A DNA stretch of 64,000 nt from contig CBFGIV010000003.1 in NCBI GenBank assembly GCA_965648915.1, forward strand, positions 32,001 through 96,000, given 5' to 3'. The first letter of the stretch is position 1. Every line of letters begins with the position of its first letter. This DNA comes from a candidate division WOR-3 bacterium. GTDB lineage: Bacteria; Hydrothermota; Tepidihabitantia; SM23-42; CAYGYG01. The notes beneath the pieces are model-generated. The model saw only the letters and a program-made list of their open reading frames with translations, was not told the DNA's origin and did not search any database. Of this stretch, positions 11,469 to 22,162 are shown in pieces. Both the position numbers and the translations under genes were made by a program.

Positions 11469-12491
11469 ATGGAGAAGAAATTAAAATTGGGGATCATCGG
11501 TCTGGGTGCCCTGACTCAGACTACCCATATCCCAATCTTCAAGAGGATAAATACCGTTGAGATTGTGGCAATCTGCGATATCGATGTTCGAAAACTTGAT
11601 CACATTGCAACGCAACTGGGAGTTAAAAAACGATATGTCGATTTCCAGGCCCTGATTGAAGATGAAGAGGTTGAGGCGGTGGTCATTGCTACTCCAACCT
11701 ATCTCCATGCCCCGATGACGATCGCGGCATTAAATTTTGGAAAACATGTCTTCTGCGAAAAACCGATGTCAACGACGCTCGAGGAAGCAGAAGAGATGGT
11801 CGCCGCGGCATATAAAGCAAAACGAAAATTGGCAATCGGTCTCAATAACCGTTTTCGTCCCGATGTTCAGACTTTAAAAAACTTCATTGATCACGGTGAA
11901 CTGGGGGATATTTTCTATATGAAAGCAGGATGGCTGATGGGGAGAACAGAATGGGATTTTGATGAATGGCATCGCACGACGATCCGAGCCGGAGGCGGCT
12001 CGTTTTCCAGCATCGGTGTGAACCTTCTCGATATCTGTCTCTGGTTTCTTGAGAAGAAAGAGCCGATTGCAATCTCTGGCGCCTGTCACACCCGCATTGA
12101 AAATGGTAAAATCGATGATGCCGCGGTTGCACTGATTCGCTATCACGATGATACCTTCTTAACAATCGAGGTGGGATGGTCATTGATGTTCGAAAAGGAT
12201 TTTCTTTACTGCAATATGTTCGGCCAGAAAGGAGCAGCGCTCCTTAACCCCCTGGGTATTCATAAAGAGATGCATGGTCACCTGGTCAATGTCACACCTA
12301 CCATCCCAACAAAGAATTACTACCGAATATCCTTTGAACTGGAAGACAGGTTTTTTGTTGAGTCGATTTTAAGAGATCAGACACCGGTTTTTAGCGGCCA
12401 GGATGGTCTATTAATCGCCCGGGTGGTTGATGCCTTCTATCGGTCAGTAAGGCAGAAGACCGAGGTCAGGTTTGACTCGATTAAAAAATAG
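11469..12491 (+). CDS. Gfo/Idh/MocA family oxidoreductase
   Basis: GIIGLG Rossmann motif, HVFCEKP, NNRF. Confidence 0.9.
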   Translation: MEKKLKLGIIGLGALTQTTHIPIFKRINTVEIVAICDIDVRKLDHIATQLGVKKRYVDFQALIEDEEVEAVVIATPTYLHAPMTIAALNFGKHVFCEKPMSTTLEEAEEMVAAAYKAKRKLAIGLNNRFRPDVQTLKNFIDHGELGDIFYMKAGWLMGRTEWDFDEWHRTTIRAGGGSFSSIGVNLLDICLWFLEKKEPIAISGACHTRIENGKIDDAAVALIRYHDDTFLTIEVGWSLMFEKDFLYCNMFGQKGAALLNPLGIHKEMHGHLVNVTPTIPTKNYYRISFELEDRFFVESILRDQTPVFSGQDGLLIARVVDAFYRSVRQKTEVRFDSIKK

Positions 12492-13959
12492 TTTTTTTTT
12501 GCTGGTGGCCTCTTGTGCACTTGCAATCTCGTTCTTTCCCTGGCCATTGCATTTTTTGAGTTGTGGTGCATTAGTTCCACTATTCTTATTGATCGAAACA
12601 AAAAATAACAAGAAGGTATTCTGGACTGGTTTTTTCTTCGGTTTCTGCTTTAGCATATTCCTCCTCTTCTGGTTAATCTTTCTCCAGGTGCCCCTGACGA
12701 TTAAAGCCTGGCTAATCTTCGGGTTTTTTTTACTCAGTGCCTTCATCGGTTTCTATTTTGCTACATTTACGCTCCTCACCAGCTGGCTAGGGCTTACCTG
12801 GGCACCCCTTGTTCTCATCACCCTTGAATATATTCGTTCAATCGGTGAGATTGGTTTTCCCTGGGGTGTGCTCGGTTACTCAATTGTTCCATATACACCA
12901 ATAATTCAAATAGCCGCGGTGTTTGGTATCTGGGGAATCTCTTTCTGGATTGTGCTGGTCAACCTTGCGCTTCACCGTCTGATCAAGGTCTGGTCAATAA
13001 GTAAGTTACGTCTTCCTGTGTTATTATATCTAATCGGACTAATCTTGGTTCCGTTGCTTTACGGAATCTTAAGGATTGAGAAAAACCAGCCAGGTGCGAT
13101 TCGGGTCGCCATAATTCAGCCTAATATCGATCCCAATCTCAAATCAACCCGGGAGATGAAACAGAAGATGTTTGATATCCTCAGAGATGATGCGAAGAGC
13201 ATTAAAGAGCTGAACGTCGATATGATTATCCTTCCCGAAACAGCCCTGCCGGTTAACATCGAGCGGGAGCCGATATATTATAATCAGGTGAAGAGTATTT
13301 CAGATTCGACCCATTGTGCAATTCTAACCGGTTCCCTTCTGTATGAACGGAGTGAAAAATCCTTTGAGGTATATAACGGTGCAGTATTTTTTAAACCCGA
13401 TTCCGGGATTGTCGAGAAATACCGCAAGATTCATCTTGTGCCCTTCAGTGAAAAAATTCCCTACAGTCGGTTTATCCCTTTTTTACGCAAGCTGGATTTT
13501 GGCGGCGGAGATTTTACCCACGGGAAAGAATATGTTATTTTCAAACTTAAAGGTGAAAAATTTGCAACCCTCATCTGTTTTGAATCAATCTTTGGAGATC
13601 TGACCAGAAAATTTATTTTAAAAGGTGCGGATATTCTGGTTAATATTACAAATGATGGTTGGTTCGGAGATACACCTGGACCATACCAGCATGCCGATAT
13701 GGCAATTATCCGGGCGGTTGAGAATCGTGTGCCCCTGGTTCGTTGTGCCAACACCGGAATCTCAATGATCGTTGATCAGTATGGTCGAATCATAAAGAAA
13801 ACCCCAATTTTCGAGAAGGCATTGATTACCGGTGATATCCCAAATGGTAGTAGGGATTCATTCTACACCAGATTCGGCGATTTTCTACCATTAATTTCAC
13901 TCTTAACCACAGTAGTATTGATCATTTTAAGAGCATTCGGAATACTTGACAAATCATAA
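12472..13959 (+). CDS. lnt: Apolipoprotein N-acyltransferase
   Basis: TM N-terminus, GFPW..LGY, QPNI, PET, K..LVPFSE, ICFES, TNDGWFG. Confidence 0.95.
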   Translation: MTRLKNSFFLLVASCALAISFFPWPLHFLSCGALVPLFLLIETKNNKKVFWTGFFFGFCFSIFLLFWLIFLQVPLTIKAWLIFGFFLLSAFIGFYFATFTLLTSWLGLTWAPLVLITLEYIRSIGEIGFPWGVLGYSIVPYTPIIQIAAVFGIWGISFWIVLVNLALHRLIKVWSISKLRLPVLLYLIGLILVPLLYGILRIEKNQPGAIRVAIIQPNIDPNLKSTREMKQKMFDILRDDAKSIKELNVDMIILPETALPVNIEREPIYYNQVKSISDSTHCAILTGSLLYERSEKSFEVYNGAVFFKPDSGIVEKYRKIHLVPFSEKIPYSRFIPFLRKLDFGGGDFTHGKEYVIFKLKGEKFATLICFESIFGDLTRKFILKGADILVNITNDGWFGDTPGPYQHADMAIIRAVENRVPLVRCANTGISMIVDQYGRIIKKTPIFEKALITGDIPNGSRDSFYTRFGDFLPLISLLTTVVLIILRAFGILDKS

Positions 13960-13973
13960 ATTGTCAATATAAT
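13946..13973 (+). promoter_or_regulatory. Promoter of yebC-ruvCAB containing an inverted repeat
   Basis: TTGACA-16bp-TATAAT; TTGACAA-N8-TTGTCAA dyad. Confidence 0.65.
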
Positions 13974-13993
13974 TTTTATCAAAGGAGTTTAGT

Positions 13994-14740
13994 ATGTCAG
14001 GTCACTCTAAATGGGCAAAAGTTAAACATAAGAAAGCAAAAGAAGATGCGATTCGAGGACGAATTTTCACTCGTCTGATCCGGGAAATCACTGTTGCGGC
14101 TCGACAGGGCGGCGATCCCAATCATAATCCAAGGCTGCGAACAGCAATTGATATCGCCCGGAGTTACAATATGCCTCAGGATAACATCGAGCGGGCAGTA
14201 AAACGGGGAACCGGTGAACTTGAGGGTGCTACTTACGAGGAAGTATCTTATGAAGGCTATGGTCCAGGGGGTGTGGCAATATTGATTGAGGCAATCACCG
14301 ATAATAGAAATCGCACGACATCTGAGTTGAGACATATCTTCTCAAGGATGGGTGGTAATCTGGCCGCCGCCGGATCAGTTGCCTGGCAGTTTCATACCCG
14401 GGGGATTATCTCAATTGATGGCAATAAGTATGATGAAGATACCGTCCTCAATCTGGGGCTTGAGGCTGGAGCGCTGGATGTGAACAAAGAGGATAGCACA
14501 ATTACGATCGTAACATCGGTTGAAGATTTTAAGAAGATGAAGGATGTCCTTGCTCAGAATAAAATTGAAATTGTTAATGCTGAGATTACCCGGGTTCCCC
14601 AGAACACAGTTCCGGTTAGTGAAAAAGAAGCGGAAAAGGTTCTTAAACTCTATGAGGCGCTCGACGAACACGATGATGTCCAGCATGTCTATGCCAATTT
14701 TGATATCCCGGATGAGATAATGGAAAAATTGGCCAGTTGA
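13994..14740 (+). CDS. YebC/PmpR family protein
   Basis: MSGHSKW, YEGYGPGG, TDNRNRT, DDVQHVYAN. Confidence 0.95.
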   Translation: MSGHSKWAKVKHKKAKEDAIRGRIFTRLIREITVAARQGGDPNHNPRLRTAIDIARSYNMPQDNIERAVKRGTGELEGATYEEVSYEGYGPGGVAILIEAITDNRNRTTSELRHIFSRMGGNLAAAGSVAWQFHTRGIISIDGNKYDEDTVLNLGLEAGALDVNKEDSTITIVTSVEDFKKMKDVLAQNKIEIVNAEITRVPQNTVPVSEKEAEKVLKLYEALDEHDDVQHVYANFDIPDEIMEKLAS

Positions 14741-14757
14741 ATTGACCATAATCCGCG

Positions 14758-15207
14758 ATGGTAATTATCGGACTTGACCCAGGTCTCACCGCCACTGGTT
14801 TTGGTGTTGTTGAAGATGGTCGCCTGTTAGATTATGGTGTCTTTAAGCCTGATCGATCCGTACTTGCCGAGCAGAAGATTAAAAAGTTAACTGCCGATGT
14901 AGAGCATCTGGTCAAGAAATACCAGCCGAGAGTCTGTGGCCTGGAGACCGTCTTTTATCGGAAGAATCTGAGAACTGCATTAATATCCTCTCAATTGAGG
15001 GGTGCTTTTATTTACATCCTCAGTCAGTATAATGTAAAGATTACCGAAGTTTCCCCGGCCAGGGTAAAACTGGCATTAACGGGCAACGGCCGGGCATCCA
15101 AGTCTCAGGTTCAATATATGGTAAAACAGTTGTTTAAGATTTCAGTTCCCCTCCCGGCCGATGCGGCTGATGCAATTGCTATCGCATTCTGTGCAGGTAA
15201 AGGATGA
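14758..15207 (+). CDS. ruvC: Holliday junction resolvase
   Basis: GLDPG, K.ALTGNGRASK.QV, DAADAIAIA. Confidence 0.93.
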   Translation: MVIIGLDPGLTATGFGVVEDGRLLDYGVFKPDRSVLAEQKIKKLTADVEHLVKKYQPRVCGLETVFYRKNLRTALISSQLRGAFIYILSQYNVKITEVSPARVKLALTGNGRASKSQVQYMVKQLFKISVPLPADAADAIAIAFCAGKG

Positions 15208-15749
15208 TCCACTTTCTCTCTGGCACCATAAGTGAAAAAGATCCACCCCGTCTGGTCATCGATGTGGGCGGTGTAGGATTTGTTGTATATATGCCACTCT
15301 CCCTCTTCCCTCGATTAGGTGATGTTGGTAGCAAGTCGAAGATTATAACCCGACTAATTGTGAAAGAGGAATCTCTTGAACTATATGGCTTTATGACCGG
15401 TGAGGAATTAGCCCTGTTTGATGATTTAACCACTGTTCCGGGAATCGGACCAAAGACTGCACTCAATTTAATGTCCCGGTTTTCAGTGAACGAGCTGCTA
15501 ACCGCAATAGAAAATCAGAATGATGACTTGCTCGCCACGGTCCCCGGTATCGGCAAGAAGACCGCGGCCAAAATAATATTAGAACTGAAAGGTAAAATAA
15601 AATTTGAAAAAGATCGGCCTGGTTTTACCCAGGCGATCGATGCCCTGGTCAGTCTCGGTTTGACGCGTAATGAAGCGATAGATAAGTTAAGAAATATTGA
15701 CCCTAATCTCAGTCCCGAAGAGATGGTGCGAAAGGCACTCCAGCGATAA
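15204..15749 (+). CDS. ruvA: Holliday junction branch migration protein RuvA
   Basis: [32 protein letters not shown]. Confidence 0.95.
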   Translation: MIHFLSGTISEKDPPRLVIDVGGVGFVVYMPLSLFPRLGDVGSKSKIITRLIVKEESLELYGFMTGEELALFDDLTTVPGIGPKTALNLMSRFSVNELLTAIENQNDDLLATVPGIGKKTAAKIILELKGKIKFEKDRPGFTQAIDALVSLGLTRNEAIDKLRNIDPNLSPEEMVRKALQR

Positions 15750-15750
15750 G

Positions 15751-16773
15751 ATGCAGGTCGAAAGAAGAATAACTCATCCTGAGCCCTTTGAAGGTGAAGA
15801 GGCCCTTGATATCGCCCTGCGCCCCAGGATCCTGGATGAGTTTGTCGGCCAAAATAAGATTAAAGAAAATTTAAAGGTCTTTATTGAAGCAGCCCGGCAG
15901 AGAGATGAATCGCTCGACCATATCCTGCTCCATGGACCCCCCGGTCTTGGTAAGACAACGCTGGCCCATATTATCTCGAATGAAATGGGGACCCGGATTG
16001 AGGTGACGACCGGCCCGATCCTCGAGAGGCCTTATGACCTGGCTGGTATTCTGACAAAATTGGAAGACAAGAATATCTTCTTTATCGATGAAATTCATCG
16101 AATGAACAAGACAGTTGAGGAATACCTCTATCCAGCACTCGAAGATTTTAAGATCGATATTGTTATGGATAAAGGGGTCTATGCCCAGACGATGAAATTG
16201 AATCTTAAACATTTTACAATGATTGGGGCAACAACCCGTATCGGGCTACTGACCGCACCCCTGAGAAATCGTTTCGGTATAACCTTACGATTTGACTATT
16301 ATCCGGTTGATGACCTGTTCAAGATTATTAACCGGTCTGCCCGGATCTTAGGGATTGAAATTGATGAGTCCGGGGCAAGAGAAATTGCCCGGCGGTCCCG
16401 CGGGACACCAAGGGTGGCGAATCGTCTATTACGCCGGGTGCGCGATTTTGCTCAGGTAAAAGGAAAGAAGGTGATTGATCGGGAGATTGCAGATTATAGT
16501 TTAGGGCAGCTCGATGTTGACCAGAGGGGACTCGATGATATGGACAAGAAGATAATTTTGACGATAATTGAAAAGTTTAAGGGAGGACCGGTCGGACTTA
16601 ATAGTCTATCAGTAGCGGTCAGTGAAGATCCTCAGACAATCGAAGAGGTCTATGAACCATTTTTAATAATGGAGGGTTTTATTAAAAGGACGCCAAGGGG
16701 AAGAGAAGCAACTGATCTGGCTTATCGCCATTTCGAAATTAAATCCCACCCGAGCAGGTCGAGTTTATTTTAA
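15751..16773 (+). CDS. ruvB: Holliday junction branch migration helicase RuvB
   Basis: [30 protein letters not shown]; start moved to ATG 15751 just after the ruvA stop. Confidence 0.97.
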   Translation: MQVERRITHPEPFEGEEALDIALRPRILDEFVGQNKIKENLKVFIEAARQRDESLDHILLHGPPGLGKTTLAHIISNEMGTRIEVTTGPILERPYDLAGILTKLEDKNIFFIDEIHRMNKTVEEYLYPALEDFKIDIVMDKGVYAQTMKLNLKHFTMIGATTRIGLLTAPLRNRFGITLRFDYYPVDDLFKIINRSARILGIEIDESGAREIARRSRGTPRVANRLLRRVRDFAQVKGKKVIDREIADYSLGQLDVDQRGLDDMDKKIILTIIEKFKGGPVGLNSLSVAVSEDPQTIEEVYEPFLIMEGFIKRTPRGREATDLAYRHFEIKSHPSRSSLF

Positions 16774-16795
16774 CAGAAGACTGAACCCTTAAAAT

Positions 16796-17950
16796 CTATC
16801 TTAGAAATTGATAAAGCAGACTTGCTCCGAGTTTGAAAAAACGGGTGTTAAACTTTAATGCCTTAAGGACGACGTCCCGGGAGTTAATATCAGAGATAAC
16901 CACACCATCAAAGGTCTTTTTAAAGAAATCAATGAGGAGTTCAAAATCGCGGTTGTTTAACTTAAGGTAAATGTCCCGGACTCGTTTGTGGAAACTTATC
17001 TCATCGAGGACCTCTTTTTTGATTGCCTTCTCATATTCTGACTTCTTCCCCTTTAATATCCGGGCCGCATTGATGCCGGCAAGAAATCCTGATTTAACCG
17101 CATTGGCAATACCCCCACCCGAAAGCGGGTCACAGAACCGGGCCGCATCGCCCGCCAGAAAGCAGTTCCCGCTTGTAAACTGCTTCATTATTTTGGCCGG
17201 CACACCACCGCAGATGAATCGTAGTTTTGTGGCTGAAGAAAATTCATTTGTGACCCAGTGGTCGAGATAGATTCGGACTGATTGTTTGGCCTTTAAGGGA
17301 GAGATACCCAATCCGACATTGGCCCGATCTTTTGATTTGGGAAAGACCCAGGCGTAACCGCCGGGCGCTATGTCTTCATCAAGATAGAATTGGGCATAGT
17401 CAGATTCGATATTTAAGTTGCCTAAGAGATATTGAGCGCAGATATGGATTTCGTTCAATTTTAAGAAAGTTTTCAAGCCAGCAAGACGTCCGATCCGGGA
17501 TTCACAGCCATCAGCACCGATTATGAAGCCAAACCCTACTTCCTTCTTTTCCTGATCCTGGAGATAGATCAGTTTTTTATCCTGGATCTCGATTGCTTCG
17601 GCATTGCAGATTAACTTCGCTCCAGCCTTTACCGCCTCACCGGCGAGTTCGGCGTCGAAAATTTTTCTCTCGAGGATATAACCGACATCAGGATAATTGG
17701 CCTGAAAGATTCTCCGGCTGGGTGATTTAACAACTGCTCCTCTGAGTTTCGTTGAAATCCAGTGTGGTTTTATATCAAGCCAGCCATCGACCGTACTGCG
17801 GGAGATGCCTTCAGCACAGAGGATATGTTCACCTACCCTTTTATGCCTTTCCAGGATGACAACCGAAAGTCCCTCCCGGGCCGCAGCCCAGGCAGCACAG
17901 CTTCCGGCCGGACCAGCACCAACAATAACGAGATCGAATTTTTCGATCAT
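16796..17950 (-). CDS. Geranylgeranyl reductase family flavoprotein (DGGR-like)
   Basis: GAGPAG, CAEG, R..FD..L, GADG, PGGYAWVFPK, GDAA..DPLSGGGI. Confidence 0.88.
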   Translation of the reverse strand: MIEKFDLVIVGAGPAGSCAAWAAAREGLSVVILERHKRVGEHILCAEGISRSTVDGWLDIKPHWISTKLRGAVVKSPSRRIFQANYPDVGYILERKIFDAELAGEAVKAGAKLICNAEAIEIQDKKLIYLQDQEKKEVGFGFIIGADGCESRIGRLAGLKTFLKLNEIHICAQYLLGNLNIESDYAQFYLDEDIAPGGYAWVFPKSKDRANVGLGISPLKAKQSVRIYLDHWVTNEFSSATKLRFICGGVPAKIMKQFTSGNCFLAGDAARFCDPLSGGGIANAVKSGFLAGINAARILKGKKSEYEKAIKKEVLDEISFHKRVRDIYLKLNNRDFELLIDFFKKTFDGVVISDINSRDVVLKALKFNTRFFKLGASLLYQFLR

Positions 17951-18086
17951 TTAACAGTGAGTCATTATATGCTAACAGATAGATACCTGTCAAGAACAAT
18001 TAAAGATAATAATGGCTCACCAAATCTCTACAAATTACTCTTGACAGGAAATGATTTTTGATTATAGTTTGACAGAGGAGATAGAG

Positions 18087-19016
18087 ATGTTTCTTTCTGT
18101 ATTATCAACAGTCATAATCTGGTTGATCGCCGATCCGATCAAACTTACCTATATAAACGAAGTCCGGGTTGCACCTGATTCGCTCGAAGGTATTGAGATT
18201 GCGGTCTATCCGGTGCGGAATATTGTCGATGTCCGTGGCTGGCAGATAAGAACCCGGGCTGGCCTGGCGACAATCAGTTCGAGTGTCCTGCCCGATAGTT
18301 TTGTCCTTATTAACCGCACCAATCTCATCGGACCATTCGGGCTGAATGATACTACCGATTCGATTACCCTTTATCAGAATAGCCTGATCAGAGATGGTCT
18401 GGGCTACCGTAATAGTCGGCCGAGTCCTTTCGCAACAGCGGCACGATTCAATCAAAGGTTTTTTTACCCCGAGACCCTTCAGGTAGTTAGAACCTATATT
18501 GACTTGACGCCAACTTTTGGGCAGGCAAACGATGATTACGGTTCAATAACCGGGATGGTTCGAGACCAGAACGGGACGCCGGTTGAAGGAGCAACAGTCG
18601 AGGCTCATGGGCCTTTGGATGATGCCTATACCTATAGTCGCTATAACCCTTATGCGGGTCTCTATTACCTTCACGGACTATCAAAATGTAAATATCTGAT
18701 GACCGCCTCTAAACCCGGTTATACATCCCACACCTATCCAGACTCAGTCACTATCGGTGCGCAGGTCAATTTTGTCCTCAGGGCAATAAAGGTTGAAGAT
18801 CAAACAATCTATCCCAAGCCATCGCTTCCCAGAGAAAAGTCAATCTTTTCTCCCAGGATTGGACCGATCAGCAAATCTGAGTTTCAACTCTATACCATTA
18901 CTGGTCACAAAATTTCTCGATTGTCTGATCTGCGCTGTCTTGCGTCCGGTATCTATTTCGTCGTAACAACTGAGCAAGGGGTAGTAAAGAGTCACAAAGT
19001 AGTCCTTATCCGATGA
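18087..19016 (+). CDS. Secreted protein with carboxypeptidase-regulatory-like Ig domain and degenerate T9SS-type tail
   Basis: GSITGMVRD..G.PVEGATV; tail LASGIYFV..KVVLIR; GAGGAG RBS before ATG 18087. Confidence 0.65.
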   Translation: MFLSVLSTVIIWLIADPIKLTYINEVRVAPDSLEGIEIAVYPVRNIVDVRGWQIRTRAGLATISSSVLPDSFVLINRTNLIGPFGLNDTTDSITLYQNSLIRDGLGYRNSRPSPFATAARFNQRFFYPETLQVVRTYIDLTPTFGQANDDYGSITGMVRDQNGTPVEGATVEAHGPLDDAYTYSRYNPYAGLYYLHGLSKCKYLMTASKPGYTSHTYPDSVTIGAQVNFVLRAIKVEDQTIYPKPSLPREKSIFSPRIGPISKSEFQLYTITGHKISRLSDLRCLASGIYFVVTTEQGVVKSHKVVLIR

Positions 19017-19552
19017 GGGTGATTTTAGTTGGACTCACCCTTATCACCGGGCTTGGTGCGGATATAAAATTCTATAGAGAGCGGGTCGATATTATAATCG
19101 ATAATGCCTCCGGGGTTGTTGAGGGGAATTTTTTCTTAACCAACACCAGCCCGGTCAGGCTTACACCCTTGATCTTCTTCCCCTTTCCAATCGACCAGGA
19201 TCATCCTTATCCGGAGACGATTGCGGTCGAAGAATATAATTATCAGATCTGTGATTCGGGAATAGCAATCATAATCCCCTTTGAACCAAACGAGAAAAAA
19301 AGGTTGAAACTCCGTTATCGTCAGAAAATTTTCGATCAGGTTTTTACTTATATTGTCCGAACCATTCATGAATGGAAGCGACCTGTTGCCGAGGCCGAAT
19401 TCGTTATCGTTCTGCCCGCTTCTTTTAAGAATCCCGAAATAAATTATAAAGTCAATCTGGTTAGAAAAGATAGCCTCAGGCTGATTTACAAAATTAAAAG
19501 AAAGAATTTTTATCCAAGGGATGATTTGCAGATTAAATGGCAGGTTGAATGA
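19013..19552 (+). CDS. Hypothetical exported protein (DUF4424-like)
   Basis: Signal-like N-terminus, E.V.I, FPFP, Y.Q, Y...T...W; ATGA overlap with upstream gene. Confidence 0.55.
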   Translation: MRVILVGLTLITGLGADIKFYRERVDIIIDNASGVVEGNFFLTNTSPVRLTPLIFFPFPIDQDHPYPETIAVEEYNYQICDSGIAIIIPFEPNEKKRLKLRYRQKIFDQVFTYIVRTIHEWKRPVAEAEFVIVLPASFKNPEINYKVNLVRKDSLRLIYKIKRKNFYPRDDLQIKWQVE

Positions 19553-19610
19553 GATGGGCCGGTTCTTAGGTGTAGTATTGACAATAAACGGCAGATGAGT
19601 AAAATAGGCC

Positions 19611-20000
19611 ATGGGCAAAGAGAAAACTCTGGTCAGTGCCTGCCTTCTTGGAATAATGTGTCGATACGATGGAAGAAAGTTAAGAAAACCAAGATTATTC
19701 GATCCCGATTTCATTCCGGTTTGTCCGGAACAGCTTGGTGGATTGCCAACTCCGCGTTTTCGATCGATGATCCAGGGCGGAACCGGAGAGGACGTTTTAA
19801 AGGGTAAAGCCCGGGTCCTGGATGAAGAAAGACAAGATGTTACTGAATATTTTTTACGGGGGGCAGCAGAGGTCAGGCGAATTGTAAAGATGTACAGGAT
19901 CAAAAAGGCCTATCTTAAAAAATGGAGCCCTTCGTGCGGAGAAGAAGGAGTTTTGACGGCTTTGCTCAAAAAGATGAAAATAAAGTTAGTATTTGTTTAG
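19611..20000 (+). CDS. DUF523 / 2-thiouracil desulfurase (TudS-like) family protein
   Basis: VSACLLG..CRYDG, PVCPEQLGGLPTPR, SPSCG. Confidence 0.9.
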   Translation: MGKEKTLVSACLLGIMCRYDGRKLRKPRLFDPDFIPVCPEQLGGLPTPRFRSMIQGGTGEDVLKGKARVLDEERQDVTEYFLRGAAEVRRIVKMYRIKKAYLKKWSPSCGEEGVLTALLKKMKIKLVFV

Positions 20001-20067
20001 GTATTATAATTGTCAGTTATGTTATCAGTATTTGAACATAGCAATTTATACCTTTGATTCTCTTTCT

Positions 20068-21231
20068 ATGAAGAAGGAAGTTTTAGTCAGAAAAATCCAT
20101 CCCGGACATCCCTGGATATTCTCTAATGAGATATTTCGAGTTTTTGGTGAACCCGCACCTGGAGATGTTGTCAAGGTCACCCGTAAAGCAGGGCGAAAAA
20201 GAGAATTGATCGGGTTCGGTTTCTATAATCCTCACTCCCTGATTGCGGTGCGCCTCTTTTCAAAGGAAGAAGATTTTACAAAGGTCTTTCTTAAAAAAAA
20301 GATCGAAAGGGCACTGAGACTTCGTCAGAGAATCTTAGAAGATAATAGTTTTCGCCTGATCCACGGCGAGAGTGATGGATTGCCCGGTCTGATTATCGAT
20401 AAATATGAAAATGGCTTTGTCCTGGAGATAAATTGCCTGGGTATGGAGATAAGAAAGAATTTGATTATCGATACCCTTGCTGAGCTGTTTAACATCAATT
20501 TCATCTATGAAAAGAGTGATAGCCATTACCGAAAATTTGAAGGACTCGAACCAGTTGTAAGAATTGTCCGGGGTGAGTTGCAGGAACGGGTTGTTATCAT
20601 CCAGAATGGTATTCATTTTTCAGTTGATATCATTCAGGGCCAGAAGACCGGTTTTTATTTCGATCAACGAACCAACCGTCAAAAGGTTAAAGAACTTGCC
20701 GCCGGCAAAAGGGTACTTGACCTCTTCTGTTATACGGGCGGATTTGCCCTCTATGCTGGCCAGGGTAAAGCAAAGTCGGTTCTCGGCGTCGATTCATCGG
20801 AGCGGGCAATTGAACTGGCCCAGGAAAACAGTCGCCTGAATAACCTTGAGAGGCAATGTTCCTTTGTGGTTGGTGATGTATTTGAGTTTTTAAGGGAAAA
20901 GGCACAGAGCGAAGAAAAGTTTGATCTGATCATCCTTGACCCACCAGCATTTGCCAAAACCAAGAGAGAGGTCAAAGATGCCCGCCGGGGTTATAAGGAT
21001 ATAAATCTCTTTGCAATGAAGGTCCTTGCCCCGGATGGCCTGCTGGTTACATCCACCTGTTCCCATTATGTCAATGCCGACGATTTTATCGATATCCTCA
21101 ACCAGGCCCGAATCGATGCTGGAAGAGAATTTAGAATCATCGGGAGAGGATTTCAATCGGGTGATCATCCAGTAGTTATCGGTATGCCCGAGAGTGAATA
21201 CTTGAAATGCTTCTATCTGCAATCTTTTTAA
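20068..21231 (+). CDS. rlmI: Class I SAM-dependent rRNA methyltransferase (RlmI-like)
   Basis: HPWIFSNEI, ESDGLPGL, GQKTGFYFDQR, LDLFCYTGGF, LDPPAF, YLK. Confidence 0.85.
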   Translation: MKKEVLVRKIHPGHPWIFSNEIFRVFGEPAPGDVVKVTRKAGRKRELIGFGFYNPHSLIAVRLFSKEEDFTKVFLKKKIERALRLRQRILEDNSFRLIHGESDGLPGLIIDKYENGFVLEINCLGMEIRKNLIIDTLAELFNINFIYEKSDSHYRKFEGLEPVVRIVRGELQERVVIIQNGIHFSVDIIQGQKTGFYFDQRTNRQKVKELAAGKRVLDLFCYTGGFALYAGQGKAKSVLGVDSSERAIELAQENSRLNNLERQCSFVVGDVFEFLREKAQSEEKFDLIILDPPAFAKTKREVKDARRGYKDINLFAMKVLAPDGLLVTSTCSHYVNADDFIDILNQARIDAGREFRIIGRGFQSGDHPVVIGMPESEYLKCFYLQSF

Positions 21232-21830
21232 CTTTTCTTAATTATCAACTTCCCTCAACCGAATCGATCATTTATCGGACTGAGGAGAAAGGTAAGGTCG
21301 GTTATCTCACCGCCGAGATGAGGATGGACGACAGTACCATTAGAGTTTACTATACTTCGGATCGACAGGTTGAGACGGTGATTGACCGACAGGATCTTAA
21401 AACCCTCTGGGTCAGAAAGATTATAAATGGCCGGAAGGACTTTGAATACCGGCGGACCGGCGATACAATCTCGGTCTATTATCAAGGGAATGAAAATACC
21501 TATCGTCGGCCGGATTTGATCTTTGACCGGCATACCCTCGATTATGTCCTGAGGGCGCAGGATTATAATTACAATTTTCAACGCGAAATATTTATTCATC
21601 TCCCTGAATTAGGGATAAAAAAAGCAATATTGAAGGTAGTCGGTGATACAGTTACAACAACTGCGCTGGGTGAATTCGATTGCTGGCGAATCGCATTGAT
21701 TGCCCGGGTTTTGTTCATCAAACTTAAACTCTATTTCTTAATTGAAAAGCAGTATCCCCATCGCTATATCAAGTATGACGATGGAAAAAGGAAGATGGAA
21801 ATTTTTAAGTATCGGGCCGGGGCACAATGA
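21207..21830 (+). CDS. Hypothetical exported protein (DUF3108-like)
   Basis: Signal-like N-terminus; V.GD.V...GEFDCW pattern. Confidence 0.5.
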   Translation: MLLSAIFLTFLNYQLPSTESIIYRTEEKGKVGYLTAEMRMDDSTIRVYYTSDRQVETVIDRQDLKTLWVRKIINGRKDFEYRRTGDTISVYYQGNENTYRRPDLIFDRHTLDYVLRAQDYNYNFQREIFIHLPELGIKKAILKVVGDTVTTTALGEFDCWRIALIARVLFIKLKLYFLIEKQYPHRYIKYDDGKRKMEIFKYRAGAQ

Positions 21831-22162
21831 TTGCCATTGTAGTAAGATAAGAGGGGATACTCTATATATTGTGTGATTCGACCCCACTTTATTTAAAAAT
21901 TAAACAAAATGCTTTTTTAAGCCCTCGGGCCAATTGAACATAGTAGCCAAACGATTTAAAATTTCATTATGAATATGGTATAAATCATCTCCAGGAGCGG
22001 GTTTAATCTACATCAAGGCAAAATCAACAGAGGAGCGGAAAAAATTAAAATAACTCTTGACAAACTCTCTATTATAGATAAAATAACGCAATGTGACCGC
22101 AGGGAATCCGGGCGCCAGGATCTCTGCCGGTGCAGATCGGTTTGGGAAAGGAGGTGAAAAAA

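Noticed and set aside
19136..19903. 255-aa minus-strand ORF
   Set aside because: Antisense to two better-supported genes.
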